A stretch of 64,000 nucleotides of DNA from Burkholderiales bacterium (GCA_035624615.1 DASPRE010000010.1:155-64154), one strand, 5' to 3'. Numbered from the stretch's first letter, positions 30,266 through 40,951 are shown. A program made the numbers and translations. Notes: generated from the letters alone by a model not told the origin.

Positions 30266-30682
30266 ATGATCAAACGGATTTTGATGGCTTACGACGGCTC
30301 GGCACCTGCAGATAAGGCGTATGCCTTTGCCCTGGATCTGGCTAAGAAATACGGTGCAGATGTCCATGTTATCGCGGTAGCGCGGCCCCCGGATTTCGGC
30401 GATGATGTGGAAACCGAAGCCATACTTGAAAATTCAGTCAAGCACTACGAAGGTCTTTTCGCGCCCCTTAAGGATCAGGCTGCCGCGCAGGGTCTTAATC
30501 CGCAATTCGAAGTCGTGGTGGGACATCCAGCGGAGCAGATCATTTACCGTGCAGAGGAGTACCAAGCTGACCTTATCGTTATGGGCCACCGCGGTAAAAG
30601 TTTGTTCGAACGCCTGCGTCTGGGCTCGGTGTCAAAGCATGTAATTCATTATGCGCATTGCGCCGTGACCATCGTGCGCTGA
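30266..30682 (+). CDS. Universal stress protein (UspA family)
   Basis: 138 aa starting MIKRILMAYDGS, with the ATP-binding type motif GHRGKSLFERLRLGSVS. It lies 12 nt downstream of the antiporter gene. Confidence 0.88.
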   Translation: MIKRILMAYDGSAPADKAYAFALDLAKKYGADVHVIAVARPPDFGDDVETEAILENSVKHYEGLFAPLKDQAAAQGLNPQFEVVVGHPAEQIIYRAEEYQADLIVMGHRGKSLFERLRLGSVSKHVIHYAHCAVTIVR

Positions 30683-30726
30683 TCGATGGCGAAAAAAACA
30701 ATTTCCGGCAAACGAACGGCGCGATG

Positions 30727-31557
30727 CTACGCAAAAAGATTAATCATGCCATCCAGGCCAACGTGGTTAATTGCGTAAGTTGTTTGCTGGCGGACAATGG
30801 GCTGGGCATGGTAAGCGATGCTGATCCTGGCCTGCCCCATCATTTTCAAATCATTGGCGCCATCGCCCATGGCGATGACCTGCTCCTTTTTCAATCCAAG
30901 CCGCTTGCGGATTTGCTCCACCTTAAGTGCCTTGATGTCGGCGTCGATGATTTGCCCGACCAATTTTCCGCTCAGTTTGCCATTGACAATTTCCAGCTGG
31001 TTTGAGCATGTAAAGTCGAGCTTGAGACGCTTTGTCAGGCGTTCGGCGAAAAAAGTGAAGCCGCTGGTTATCAAAAATGTCTTGACTCCTGCAGCTTTCA
31101 ATGCAGCAAGCATTTTCTCGGCGCCGGGCGAAAGGCGCAATCGCTCGTCATAGACTTTCTGCAACGCGGATGCATCGAGGCCGGCGAGCAGGGCCACGCG
31201 CCGGCGCACGCTGTCTGCAAACTCAATTTCACCGCGCACCGAACTGGCAGTGATCTCCGATACTTGCTCCCTGATGCCCTTAAGGTCCGCAAGCTCGTCG
31301 ATGACTTCAATGGTAATGAACGTAGAATCCATGTCCATTGCCAGCAGGCCAAAATCGGCGAGCTTGAGCTTTTCAGGTACAAAAGCGAAATCAAGCTTCG
31401 CATTCTGGCAGTACTCCACGACTGCGTCGTGCTGATGGGCTTCGCAAAGCCGGAATGCTTCACCGGTAATCTGCTCAATTCGCGAAGCGCCGGCAAGTTT
31501 CGCCACGTTCCTGAGATCACGGTTTTGGATCTCGCTGCCCTGGATGATGAGCTTCAT
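30727..31557 (-). CDS. serB: Phosphoserine phosphatase SerB
   Basis: 276 aa with HAD motif I DMDSTFI, a later SGF and GDGANDL, and an N-terminal ACT-like segment. Confidence 0.9.
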   Translation of the reverse strand: MKLIIQGSEIQNRDLRNVAKLAGASRIEQITGEAFRLCEAHQHDAVVEYCQNAKLDFAFVPEKLKLADFGLLAMDMDSTFITIEVIDELADLKGIREQVSEITASSVRGEIEFADSVRRRVALLAGLDASALQKVYDERLRLSPGAEKMLAALKAAGVKTFLITSGFTFFAERLTKRLKLDFTCSNQLEIVNGKLSGKLVGQIIDADIKALKVEQIRKRLGLKKEQVIAMGDGANDLKMMGQARISIAYHAQPIVRQQTTYAINHVGLDGMINLFA

Positions 31558-31745
31558 GATGTGAATCGCACGGCAAAGGCTCGACTATAGCGAACGGCTG
31601 TTATTGTCCGTGAAACGGTCGCCGCTCCAGCTTCACCGCTCGCCTGTGTCGATTGTGGCGGGCTTCAGATTATGATCACCAGCGCTCCGGTTGATAGCAC
31701 GGCGGTCACCGGCTTGCAACCGGAGGTCGTGATTTTACGAAAGCC

Positions 31746-32024
31746 TTAGCCTCTCTTGTAGGTAATTTTCTTGGTCCCGCCATCACAGCTGCCGACCACT
31801 TTCTGGTCACCCACGTCCTCGTTCGGGACGATGTCCAAGGTGTAAGCCGGAACGCCTTTAGCTTGAAGCTTTGCATCGATTTCAGCCTTGAGCTCTTCGC
31901 AAGGCTTGCGGGTCAAGGCCGGCGCATTTTCTTTGCTTTCCTCTTGCGCAGGCGCAACGTAGTTAAATGACAAGCACATCAATGAAGAAACCAGCAGCAT
32001 TGCAATTTTGTGTTTGTGCGACAT
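31746..32024 (-). CDS. DUF1161 family periplasmic protein
   Basis: The track ORF is trimmed to ATG 32022-32024 (92 aa). It has a signal peptide, then CEELKAEIDAKLQAKGV ... VGSCDGGTKKITYKR, the DUF1161 pattern as I recall it. Confidence 0.65.
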   Translation of the reverse strand: MSHKHKIAMLLVSSLMCLSFNYVAPAQEESKENAPALTRKPCEELKAEIDAKLQAKGVPAYTLDIVPNEDVGDQKVVGSCDGGTKKITYKRG

Positions 32025-32213
32025 AAAGTTCCCCTTTATAGCTAGAAGTAACATGCCTAGTAACTGAGAAAGATGAGATTTTACCCATTTTTCTCACCTA
32101 ACCGCTTTCTGCTACGCTTTGCCATGCCGGATTGCTGCTTCCTGGCATGTACATCAGCGGTTGCGGCGTATCATAACTCTGTTTTCCCGACCGTGTCGCC
32201 AACACCCCGATTA

Positions 32214-35200
32214 TCAGCTCAACTCCCTGAATGCTTCCCTTATTGCCTCGACTCGCGCCTTGATATCGGGCAGTTGCGCTTCGATACGCAGGCGGTCTTG
32301 ACCGGCGAGGCGGTAATTGCGCCTGGATTGGACAAGTTTGAGTACCTTGGTCGGCTCAATCGGCGGCTTGGGAACGAAATGAAACTGAATAACGGAATCG
32401 GTGGCGTCGATACGCACAATGCCGAGCGGTTTACCGAGAATGCGCAGGCGATGCGTGTCGAGCAGGGTTTTTGCCGCAGGTGGGAGCAAACCAAAGCGGT
32501 CCACCAGTTCCTCGTGCATCGCTTCCAGTTCTTCCAGCGTTTCACAGTTGGCAAGCCGCTTGTAGAGCACCAGCCGTTCATGAACGTCCCGGCAATATTT
32601 TTCAGGCAGCAGCGCCGGCGTATGCAAATTGATTTCAGCGATAACCTCTAAAGGCTGCGACAGGTCAGGTTCCTTTCCCTGTTTCAGCGCCTTGACCGCT
32701 CCGGCCAGCATCTGGTTATAGAGACCGAAACCCACTCCCTGCATTTCCCCGCTTTGCGCTTCGCCCAGGATTTCACCCGCGCCACGGATTTCCAAATCTT
32801 GCATCGCGAGGTAAAAACCGGCGCCGAGCTCTTCCATCATCTGTATCGCTTCCAGGCGCTTGCGCGCTTGCGCGCCTATCGCCTCTTCGTCAGGGGTAAG
32901 CAGGTAGGCATAGGCCTGGTGGTGAGAGCGGCCGACGCGCCCGCGCAGCTGGTGCAGCTGCGCGAGACCGAGTTTATCGGCGCGGTTGATAATCATGGTA
33001 TTGGCAGTCGGGATATCAATCCCGGTTTCGATAATAGTTGTGCACAGCAATACGTTGAAACGCTGTTGATAGAAATCGCGCATGACATGTTCCAAGTCGC
33101 GCTCGCGCATCTGTCCGTGCGCGTAGTGGATTCGCGCTTCGGGCAGGAGCTTTACCAGTCTCTGGTACATGGTTTCAATGGTGTCGATTTCGTTGTGCAG
33201 GAAATACACCTGGCCGCCGCGCTTAAGCTCCCGAAGCGCAGCCTCGCGGATAACACCCTGGCTGTACGGCGTGACGAAGGTCTTGATCGCCAACCTGCGC
33301 TCAGGCGCAGTGGTAATTACTGAGAAATCTCGTAGGCCTTCGAGCGACATCGCCAACGTGCGCGGAATCGGCGTAGCAGTAAGCGTCAGCACATCCACCT
33401 CAGCGCGCAGCGCTTTGAGTTTTTCCTTCTGGCGCACGCCGAAGCGGTGCTCTTCGTCAATGATCACTAGGCCGAGGCGCTTGAACTTCACTCCTTTTTG
33501 AATCAGTTTATGAGTGCCAATGACGATATCTATCTTGCCGTCAGCCAGTCCCTCCAGCGTCTGCGCTTGCTCCTTGTTCGAGCGGAAGCGCGAGAGCTCA
33601 ACTATTTTTACTGGCCAGTCGGCAAAGCGGTCTGAAAAATTCTGGAAATGCTGCTCGACAAGCAATGTCGTTGGCACCAGTACCGCTACCTGCTGACCGT
33701 CCGTGGCGGCAATGAACGCTGCGCGCAGCGCGACCTCAGTCTTGCCGAATCCCACATCGCCGCAAATCAATCGGTCCATCGGTTTGCCATGGGTCAAATC
33801 CTCGATTACTGAGTCGATGGCCGCCGCTTGGTCTCGCGTTTCCTCGAAGCCGAAGCCGTCAACAAACGCTTCATAATCGTGCGGCTTGAATCCAAAAGCA
33901 TGGCCTTGGCGCGAGGCGCGCTGCGCGTAGAGATTCAAAAGCTCGGCCGCGGTGTCGCGCACCTGACGCATCGCCTTTTTCTTTGCTTTGTCCCACTGGC
34001 TGCTGCCCAGCTTGTGCAAAGGCGTAGCTTCGGGCGCAGCGCCGCTGTAGCGGCTGATGAGGTGCAGCTGTGAGACCGGGACATAGAGCTTGTCATGTTC
34101 CGCGTATTCCAGTACCAGGAATTCGCTCGCGCCCTCTCCCTGATCCATGTTTACCAGTCCCAGATAGCGGCCAATGCCGTGATTTTCATGCACCACCGGG
34201 TCGCCGATGCGGATCTCGCTCAAGTCGCGCAGCATTCCCTCTGCGGCGCCCCTGCGAACAGCTTCACGCCGATCCCGCCGACGCACCTGCGCCGCGTAAA
34301 GCTCGCTTTCTGTGACAACCGCAACGCGGTCGACATCGAGAATGAAGCCGTTGTGGAGCGGCGCCGCGCAAAGCATGAAACGCTCGCTGCTCTGGTTGAA
34401 TGCCTCGAAGCTATCGCACACAACGGGCTTCAGCCGGTATTCGTTCAGGTATTCATTGACGATTTCCCGCCTTCCGAGGTTTTCAGCCAGTAATAGCACG
34501 CGGCCCTCGAATTCCTGCAGGAATGCGGAAAACGCCGACAGAGGATTCTGAGCGCGGCGGTCGACGGCAATCGGCGGAAGAGTGGTGATCGCGCATTGAA
34601 CTGCACCGGTATTCTCCCCGGCTGTGATCTGAATCCGCGCAAACGGCTTGCAGCCCGAATAGAAGCCGTCCACGCTTAAAAATAATTCCTGCGGTGGCAG
34701 CAGGGGGCGGTTGCGGTCACCGCGCAGCAATTCGTAACGCGATTTCGTGTCGCGCCAAAAATGCTCCATTGAGCGCGTGACGTCCCGGTGCAGGCATAGA
34801 GCAGCCGGTTGCGGCAAATAATCGAAAAGCGTCGCTGTTTTCTCGAAAAACAGCGGCAGGTAATATTCAATTCCCGCAGGCGCCAGCCCTTGGCTCACAT
34901 CTTTGTATAGACTGCTCTTCGAGGGGTCGCCCTCGAAACGCTCGCGGAAGTTGCGGCGAAAATGCTCCTGGCCATCCTTGCTCAGCGGAAATTCGCGCGC
35001 GGGCAACAGCCGAATTTCGTTGACCGGGTAAACACTGCGCTGAGAATCCACATCAAAAGTGCGGATGCTTTCGATTTCTTCGTCAAGCAAGTCAATGCGG
35101 TAGGGAAGAGCGCTGCCCATCGGGAAAAGATCGATCAACCCGCCGCGCACGCTGTATTCCCCGGGCGAGATGACCTGGGTAACATGAGTGTACCCCGCCA

Positions 35201-35654
35201 ATGTCAACTGGCCGCGCAGCGTACCGCCGTCGAGTCTCTCCCCCTGCTTGATTAAAAAAGTGTATGCCGCTAGATAAGAAGGAGGTGGCAGCCGGTACAG
35301 TGCAGTGGTTACCGGAATGATCGCAATATCGCAGTCGTTGTGCGTGATGTGATACAGGGTGGCGAGACGCTCCGAAACCAGATCCTGGTGCGGCGAAAAG
35401 CTGTCGTATGGCAGGGTTTCCCAGTCAGGAAGCAGGTTGACTTTCAATTGAGGAGCGAAATACGGAATCTCTTCAAGCAAGCGTTGCGCGTCCTGAGCTG
35501 TTTCTGTGATGATGACCAGCGGTTTGGCTTTTACCGCAAATTGGGACAAAGCGAGGGCATCGCTCGAGCCGTGCAATCGGGCGTAGCGTTGAGATTGACC
35601 AGCAAGCGAAACAGCTTGGCCTAAGAGCATAAAAAACGGCATATTATAGGGCAT
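32214..35654 (-). CDS. mfd: Transcription-repair coupling factor Mfd
   Basis: 1146 aa with a CarD-like RNAP-interacting domain, the superfamily 2 helicase motifs GDVGFGKTEV and IIDEEHRFGV, and a TRG motif region. Confidence 0.97.
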   Translation of the reverse strand: MPYNMPFFMLLGQAVSLAGQSQRYARLHGSSDALALSQFAVKAKPLVIITETAQDAQRLLEEIPYFAPQLKVNLLPDWETLPYDSFSPHQDLVSERLATLYHITHNDCDIAIIPVTTALYRLPPPSYLAAYTFLIKQGERLDGGTLRGQLTLAGYTHVTQVISPGEYSVRGGLIDLFPMGSALPYRIDLLDEEIESIRTFDVDSQRSVYPVNEIRLLPAREFPLSKDGQEHFRRNFRERFEGDPSKSSLYKDVSQGLAPAGIEYYLPLFFEKTATLFDYLPQPAALCLHRDVTRSMEHFWRDTKSRYELLRGDRNRPLLPPQELFLSVDGFYSGCKPFARIQITAGENTGAVQCAITTLPPIAVDRRAQNPLSAFSAFLQEFEGRVLLLAENLGRREIVNEYLNEYRLKPVVCDSFEAFNQSSERFMLCAAPLHNGFILDVDRVAVVTESELYAAQVRRRDRREAVRRGAAEGMLRDLSEIRIGDPVVHENHGIGRYLGLVNMDQGEGASEFLVLEYAEHDKLYVPVSQLHLISRYSGAAPEATPLHKLGSSQWDKAKKKAMRQVRDTAAELLNLYAQRASRQGHAFGFKPHDYEAFVDGFGFEETRDQAAAIDSVIEDLTHGKPMDRLICGDVGFGKTEVALRAAFIAATDGQQVAVLVPTTLLVEQHFQNFSDRFADWPVKIVELSRFRSNKEQAQTLEGLADGKIDIVIGTHKLIQKGVKFKRLGLVIIDEEHRFGVRQKEKLKALRAEVDVLTLTATPIPRTLAMSLEGLRDFSVITTAPERRLAIKTFVTPYSQGVIREAALRELKRGGQVYFLHNEIDTIETMYQRLVKLLPEARIHYAHGQMRERDLEHVMRDFYQQRFNVLLCTTIIETGIDIPTANTMIINRADKLGLAQLHQLRGRVGRSHHQAYAYLLTPDEEAIGAQARKRLEAIQMMEELGAGFYLAMQDLEIRGAGEILGEAQSGEMQGVGFGLYNQMLAGAVKALKQGKEPDLSQPLEVIAEINLHTPALLPEKYCRDVHERLVLYKRLANCETLEELEAMHEELVDRFGLLPPAAKTLLDTHRLRILGKPLGIVRIDATDSVIQFHFVPKPPIEPTKVLKLVQSRRNYRLAGQDRLRIEAQLPDIKARVEAIREAFRELS

Positions 35655-35678
35655 TGAATAGGGAGCATAGGGACAAGG

Positions 35679-36317
35679 ATGTTTTTTTCAGACCGGATGG
35701 ATGCGGCGAACAGATTGGCTGCAAGGCTCTCAGATTACCGCGGAAAAAACGCGCTGGTTCTGGCCATTCCCCGCGGTGCGGTGCCAATGGGCAGGCGCAT
35801 CGCCGACGAGCTCGGGGCCGAACTGGATGTAGTGCTGGTGCGCAAGATCGGCGCGCCGGGCAATCCGGAATTTGCAATTGGCGCGGTGGACGAAAGCGGC
35901 AGCATGTTTGTTACGGAGGATGCCGTTTCAACCGGCGCCAATGAAAGCTACCTGGCCCAGGAAAAGGAAAGGCAGCTCGAAGTTATGCGGCAGCGCCGAA
36001 CGCAATACACGCCGCTGCACGCGCCCATCGATCCTGCGCGGCGCATTGTCATTGTGGTTGACGACGGCCTTGCCACGGGCTCTACGATGATTGCGGCGTT
36101 ACGCGCTTTGCACCAAAGAAATCCCGAGAAACTGATATGTGCGGTGCCGGTAGCGCCGCCGGATACATTGGAAAAAGTAGAGCATTACGCCGATCAGGTC
36201 GTGTGCCTGCATGCTACGACTGAGTTCTTTGCCGTGAGCCAGTTTTACGCCCATTTCCCGCAAGTGGATGACGAAGAAGTAATGTCCATATTGCACCAAA
36301 CCGGCGGGTCGAAATAA
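35679..36317 (+). CDS. Phosphoribosyltransferase family protein
   Basis: 212 aa with the PRPP-binding loop VIVVDDGLATGSTM. The N-terminal MFFSDRMDAANRLA is typical of the stand-alone PRTase family of unknown substrate. Confidence 0.8.
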   Translation: MFFSDRMDAANRLAARLSDYRGKNALVLAIPRGAVPMGRRIADELGAELDVVLVRKIGAPGNPEFAIGAVDESGSMFVTEDAVSTGANESYLAQEKERQLEVMRQRRTQYTPLHAPIDPARRIVIVVDDGLATGSTMIAALRALHQRNPEKLICAVPVAPPDTLEKVEHYADQVVCLHATTEFFAVSQFYAHFPQVDDEEVMSILHQTGGSK

Positions 36318-36381
36318 AAACGCGTTGCCGGCGTGCTGATGAAAAAGTAATAATGCAAGCTTCATAACGAGGCCTGAAATA

Positions 36382-37077
36382 TTGAACTATTACGCTCTGA
36401 TCCCGGCCGCCGGAACCGGTGAGCGCTTGGGCGGGCAGACACCCAAGCAATACCTGCTGCTTGGTGGCAAGCCCATGCTGTTCTACTCGGTGCGGCGGCT
36501 GTGCGCCAGCCCCAGAATCAAGGGCGTTTATGTGGTGCTGGCAGGTGGTGACGAGCGGTTTTCGCAGTACGATTGGAAAGCATTTGCGGGAAAGCTCACA
36601 CCGTTATTCTGCGGCGGGGAGACGCGTGCGGCGAGCGTGCTGAACGGGCTGGTTGCAGCAAAAACTGATATCGGCGCTGACGATTGGGTACTGGTGCACG
36701 ATGCGGCACGACCGTGCCTCAGCGCCGGGCTTTTAAACAAACTACTGGATGAGCTCGGCGATGATAATGTCGGCGGCTTGCTGGCGCTGCCGGTCGCGGA
36801 TACGCTTAAGCGCGCTGACGGTGCCGAGCGGGTATCGCGCACTGAGCCCAGGGAACGACTATGGCAAGCTCAGACTCCTCAAATGTTCCGATATGGGACA
36901 CTCGTCCGGGCGCTGCAAGCGATGCAGAATGCGCAAGTGACCGACGAGGCATGCGCCATTGAAGGGCTGGGTTTACAGCCGCAACTGGTGGTGAGCGATG
37001 TGCGTAATCTAAAGGTGACTCACGCGCAGGATTTGCAGCTCGCCGAATTGATATTGACTAGCATGGAGAAAGCATGA
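36382..37077 (+). CDS. ispD: 2-C-methyl-D-erythritol 4-phosphate cytidylyltransferase
   Basis: 231 aa with an apparent TTG start at 36382. It carries the [13 protein letters not shown] nucleotide-binding motif and has a 4-nt overlap with ispF. Confidence 0.92.
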   Translation: MNYYALIPAAGTGERLGGQTPKQYLLLGGKPMLFYSVRRLCASPRIKGVYVVLAGGDERFSQYDWKAFAGKLTPLFCGGETRAASVLNGLVAAKTDIGADDWVLVHDAARPCLSAGLLNKLLDELGDDNVGGLLALPVADTLKRADGAERVSRTEPRERLWQAQTPQMFRYGTLVRALQAMQNAQVTDEACAIEGLGLQPQLVVSDVRNLKVTHAQDLQLAELILTSMEKA

Positions 37078-37574
37078 GAATCGGTCATGGATTTGATGTC
37101 CATGCGTTGGTTGAAAACCGCAAGCTCGTCATCGGCGGGGTTGAGATACCGTATAAAAAAGGTCTCTCGGGACACTCTGACGCCGACGTGCTGCTGCACG
37201 CAGTTTGCGACGCATTGATCGGCGCTGCCGCGTTGGGTGATATCGGCTCACACTTCCCCGACACCGACCCGCGCTATAAAGGTATAGACAGCCGCAAGCT
37301 TCTGCGAGAAGTGGGCAAGCTTTTAGCCGACAACGGCTGGCGCATCATCAATATTGATGCCACCATCATCGCTGAAGCGCCCAAAATGGCGCCGCACATC
37401 CCCGCAATGGTGAAAAATATCTCGCAGGATCTTGCCATCGATGTCAACGACGTCAATGTCAAGGCCAAGACCAACGAGAGGCTGGGTTATATCGGCCGCG
37501 GCGACGGCATCATGGCAGAGGCAGTAGCTTGCATCAAGTGTCTCAAATCGGAAAACAAGGGTCTGAAGACTTAG
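37074..37574 (+). CDS. ispF: 2-C-methyl-D-erythritol 2,4-cyclodiphosphate synthase
   Basis: 166 aa with [10 protein letters not shown] and GHSDADV zinc/substrate motifs. Confidence 0.95.
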   Translation: MRIGHGFDVHALVENRKLVIGGVEIPYKKGLSGHSDADVLLHAVCDALIGAAALGDIGSHFPDTDPRYKGIDSRKLLREVGKLLADNGWRIINIDATIIAEAPKMAPHIPAMVKNISQDLAIDVNDVNVKAKTNERLGYIGRGDGIMAEAVACIKCLKSENKGLKT

Positions 37575-38113
37575 CGACGGCCAGAGTTTTTTTCGCGCTA
37601 TGGCCGGATGAAGCAGTGCGCGGGCAATTCATGCAGTGGGCGCGGCTGCTGCATGAGACTTGTAATGGGAACATCACCAAGCCGGACAATCTGCACATTA
37701 CGCTGGTATTTCTCGGAAACGTCGCAGTTTCCCGCCTTGACGAATTGAAAGTGCTTGCGTCCAAACTGGTCGGTAACTCTTTCAGTCTATGTTTCACAGC
37801 GCCTGGTTGCTGGCGACATAACCAGATTGTCTGGGCTGCGCCCGAACAAATACCACAGCACTTAATCAATCTCGTCAAAGCACTCGAGTGCTCGTTGCAA
37901 AGCGCGGGGTTTAGTTTCGATGAACGCCCTTATGCGCCACATCTGACTTTATTGAGAAAGGCGCGCTGGGACCCCCCGCGGCACGCTCCTAAGCAAATTA
38001 ACTGGGAAATAAACGAATTCGTGCTGGTCCATTCCAACCGGGCGCAGAGCGGATCGCAGTATGAAGTCATCGGGCGCTGGCCGCTTTCTTTAGCTCCGGC
38101 GTCAACGCAATAG
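37529..38113 (+). CDS. thpR: RNA 2-prime,3-prime-cyclic phosphodiesterase (2H phosphoesterase, ThpR/LigT)
   Basis: It has two HxT/S motifs (HITLVFLG and HLTLLR) in a protein of about 190 aa. There is no ATG near the 5-prime end. Candidate starts are TTG 37529 or GTG 37538, and both overlap the ispF 3-prime end, so the start coordinate is uncertain. Confidence 0.75.
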   Translation: MHQVSQIGKQGSEDLATARVFFALWPDEAVRGQFMQWARLLHETCNGNITKPDNLHITLVFLGNVAVSRLDELKVLASKLVGNSFSLCFTAPGCWRHNQIVWAAPEQIPQHLINLVKALECSLQSAGFSFDERPYAPHLTLLRKARWDPPRHAPKQINWEINEFVLVHSNRAQSGSQYEVIGRWPLSLAPASTQ

Positions 38114-38157
38114 CCGCAACGCCGTTAATTACGGCAGCTAAGCAAACAAAAGATTCT

Positions 38158-39618
38158 ATGCGTCTGTTATTTCTTTTCGGGCTTGTCCTGTTCGCCCTGG
38201 AAAGCCGCGCTGCGGCGATGGGATACGATGAGGCGCGTTTACTGCTCAACCGCACCAGTTTTGCCGCGAACGAAAACGAAGTAAATGAGTTCGCCAGGCT
38301 TAGTCGCGAACAAGCTGTGGATCGCATATTGGGCGGAGTCCGAACCAGCGCGGTGACAGTGCCGCCTGCGTGGGTCAACGATCCGATTACCCCGCCCAGA
38401 ATCCTGCGCAATTTAAGCCCGGAAGAGCGCAAGGCGAAACGCCAGGAAGAAATAAAGAAAGGCATCGAGCTGCGCGCCTGGTGGCTGCAGGAAATGATTG
38501 CGACACCTTCGCCGCTGACGGAAAAGATGACGCTGTTCTGGCACAACCATTTCGTATCCAGCCAGCAGAAGGTGAAATACAGCAAACTCATGTACCAACA
38601 GAACGTGCTGTTGAGAAAATACGCGCTGGGCAGTTTCGCTGCATTGCTGCACGCGGTGTCCAAGGATCCGGCGATGATTATTTATCTGGATTCCGCGACC
38701 AACCGCAGGGGCCACCCGAATGAGAACTTTGCACGTGAGGTGATGGAACTTTTCACTCTAGGAGAAGGACATTACACAGAGGCCGACGTCAAGGAAGCGG
38801 CGCGTGCATTTACCGGCTGGAGCATCGAACCGGAAACCGGGGAATTCCGCTGGCGGCCCTTTTTGCACGACGACGGAGTCAAAACCATTTTGCACAAGTC
38901 CGGTAATTTTGACGGCGATGCGGTGTTGGATATTCTGCTTGCGCGGCAGGAAACTGCGGAATTCATTGTCGCCAAAATGTGGCGCGAGTTCGTTTCACCT
39001 ACGCCCGATCCCAAGGAAGTCGCTCGCATCGCGGATCAATTCCGCAGCAGCCGCTATGAAATCAAGGTGGCGCTTCGCGGGATTTTGCTCTCAAATTCTC
39101 TGTACGCGCAGAATAACCGCGCAGTATTGATTAAATCGCCTGTTGAGCTGGTGGTGGGTACCTTGAGGCAATTCGATTTTAGCGTTCCAGACGCGCTGCC
39201 GTTTGCCTTTACGGTCGCTCAGCTTGGACAAAATTTGTTTTCGCCGCCCAACGTGAAAGGCTGGCCTGGAGGCGAGGCATGGATCAACAGCGCCACTTTG
39301 CTCGCGCGGAGGCAGTTCCTGGAGCGACTATTCCGCGCGCAGGAAATGCCGCAGGTCATGCGAACGGAAATGAAAGAGACTGGCAAGGTGAAGGGCGCGG
39401 CGAAACTCGGAATGGAAGGCCTCGAGCGTTTTGTGAAGGCGGTGGAAGGCATCCAGTTTGACGTAAACAAATGGCTTTCGCAGTTTAATGTCGACGAGCG
39501 CACGCAGGCAGCTCGGCTGGTGCTTGCCATTGCGCCGGTAGATCGGCTTGACAACAATGCGCGCGGACTCGAGCTCATCCGCCAGATCACGCGCGATCCC
39601 GTTTATCAGCTTAAATGA
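38158..39618 (+). CDS. DUF1800 domain-containing protein
   Basis: 486 aa with an N-terminal signal-like segment and the motifs FWHNHF, NENFAREVMELFTLGEGHYTEADVKEAARAFTGW and NVKGWPGG, characteristic of DUF1800. Its stop overlaps an ATG (ATGA) of the next ORF. Confidence 0.85.
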   Translation: MRLLFLFGLVLFALESRAAAMGYDEARLLLNRTSFAANENEVNEFARLSREQAVDRILGGVRTSAVTVPPAWVNDPITPPRILRNLSPEERKAKRQEEIKKGIELRAWWLQEMIATPSPLTEKMTLFWHNHFVSSQQKVKYSKLMYQQNVLLRKYALGSFAALLHAVSKDPAMIIYLDSATNRRGHPNENFAREVMELFTLGEGHYTEADVKEAARAFTGWSIEPETGEFRWRPFLHDDGVKTILHKSGNFDGDAVLDILLARQETAEFIVAKMWREFVSPTPDPKEVARIADQFRSSRYEIKVALRGILLSNSLYAQNNRAVLIKSPVELVVGTLRQFDFSVPDALPFAFTVAQLGQNLFSPPNVKGWPGGEAWINSATLLARRQFLERLFRAQEMPQVMRTEMKETGKVKGAAKLGMEGLERFVKAVEGIQFDVNKWLSQFNVDERTQAARLVLAIAPVDRLDNNARGLELIRQITRDPVYQLK

Positions 39619-39629
39619 TAGGGAGAGAA

Positions 39630-40793
39630 ATGGACCGGCGCATTTTTCTGAAAAGCGTGGGGCTCGGCGGGTGCGTGGTGTTTTTTCCCAGGTTGCTTTA
39701 TGCAGCTCCTCATGAAGACGAATATGGCAATCTGCTGGTATTGGTTGAGCTCAAAGGCGGAAACGACGGGCTCAACACCGTGATTCCGTATGCCGACAAC
39801 GAGTACTATCGTTTACGTTCTGAAATCGCTATTCCGCGCGACCAAGTGCTGCAACTAAATGAACGCACCGGTTTGCATTTCTCGCTAAAACCGCTCATGC
39901 CTTTGTGGCAAGCGAGAGAGCTTGCAATCGTGCAAGGCGTGGGTTATCCGCAACCAAATCTTTCCCATTTCCGCTCGATAGAGATCTGGGATACGGCTTC
40001 CAGCAGTCAGGAGTATCTTGCAGAAGGCTGGTTGTCGCGGGTATTTGCCAGCGACCCGGTGCCGAAGCGGTTTGCCGCGGACGGTTTGGTGGTCGGAAGC
40101 CAGGACCTCGGACCGTTTTCCGGCGGTGACACACGCGCCATTACTTTAGCCAATACCGAACAGTTCCTGCGCCAAGCGCGCCTTGCGGGTGATGCCGGCT
40201 TGCAAGTGGCTAATCCGGCGCTCGCACACATCCTCAAGGTAGAAAACGATATTCAGCAGGCTGCAAGCCATTTGAAAAGCAATTATGAATTCAAGACCGA
40301 GTTTCCCGCCACGCAATTCGGCAACAGTTTGAAAAATGCTTCGCAAGTGATAGCGGGAGGTGGAGGCGTGGCGGCGATCAAGGTTTCACTCAATGGTTTT
40401 GACACGCACAGTGGCCAGCCGGGCACGCAACAGCGTCTGCTGGGAGAGCTTGCCGAGGGGCTTGCCGCGTTCAAGTCAGCGCTCGTTGAGACTAATCGCT
40501 GGAACTCGACACTGATCATGACCTATGCGGAATTCGGCCGCCGCCCGCAGGAAAATTTGAGCCACGGCACCGACCACGGCACATCGAACGCGCATTTCAT
40601 GATCGGAGGAAAAGTTAAAGGTGGACTATATGGATCTGCGCCACTGCTCAAACAACTTGACGGCAATGGCAATCTTGCGTTTGGAGTCGATTTTCGCAGT
40701 CTCTATGCCACTGCAGTCGAGAAATGGTGGGGCCTGGATTCGCGAGATATCCTGGGCGGGAAATTTGCCCCTCTGGATATGTTGCGGGCTTGA
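39630..40793 (+). CDS. DUF1501 domain-containing protein (sulfatase/alkaline-phosphatase-like fold) with a twin-arginine signal
   Basis: The start is taken at ATG 39630, with GGGAG 4 nt upstream. ATG 39615 is an alternative. The N-terminus MDRRIFLKSVGLGG is an exact Tat motif (RRxFLK). The DUF1501 motifs are ELKGGNDGLNTVIPY and GFDTH. Confidence 0.85.
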   Translation: MDRRIFLKSVGLGGCVVFFPRLLYAAPHEDEYGNLLVLVELKGGNDGLNTVIPYADNEYYRLRSEIAIPRDQVLQLNERTGLHFSLKPLMPLWQARELAIVQGVGYPQPNLSHFRSIEIWDTASSSQEYLAEGWLSRVFASDPVPKRFAADGLVVGSQDLGPFSGGDTRAITLANTEQFLRQARLAGDAGLQVANPALAHILKVENDIQQAASHLKSNYEFKTEFPATQFGNSLKNASQVIAGGGGVAAIKVSLNGFDTHSGQPGTQQRLLGELAEGLAAFKSALVETNRWNSTLIMTYAEFGRRPQENLSHGTDHGTSNAHFMIGGKVKGGLYGSAPLLKQLDGNGNLAFGVDFRSLYATAVEKWWGLDSRDILGGKFAPLDMLRA

Positions 40794-40891
40794 GGTTGCG
40801 CGTGCCGCGAGCCGCCTTGTAACGATAATGTAATCTTTGGTCCGCAAGGTATAGGCGGTATAAAAAAATAGCGAAAGTTTGGGAAAATGTA

Positions 40892-40920
40892 TTGACATTC
40901 GGAACGAATCGTAAAATACT
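40892..40920 (+). promoter_or_regulatory. Candidate sigma-70 promoter for the porin-mgtA leader
   Basis: It has a consensus -35 TTGACA (40892-40897). With a 17-nt spacer the -10 would be AATACT (40915-20). The better hexamer TAAAAT (40912-17) sits at only 14 nt. This is a by-eye call only. Confidence 0.35.
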
Positions 40921-40951
40921 TCGCGGCATCTGATTGTATGGAGATTCATTC

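Noticed and set aside
40877-40894. A possible PhoP-box-like direct repeat (AGTTTG-ggaaa-ATGTAT) overlaps the -35 region of the porin-mgtA promoter candidate.
   Set aside because: Only about 4 of 6 positions match in each half-site, with ambiguous spacing. The PhoP consensus of this lineage is unknown to me.
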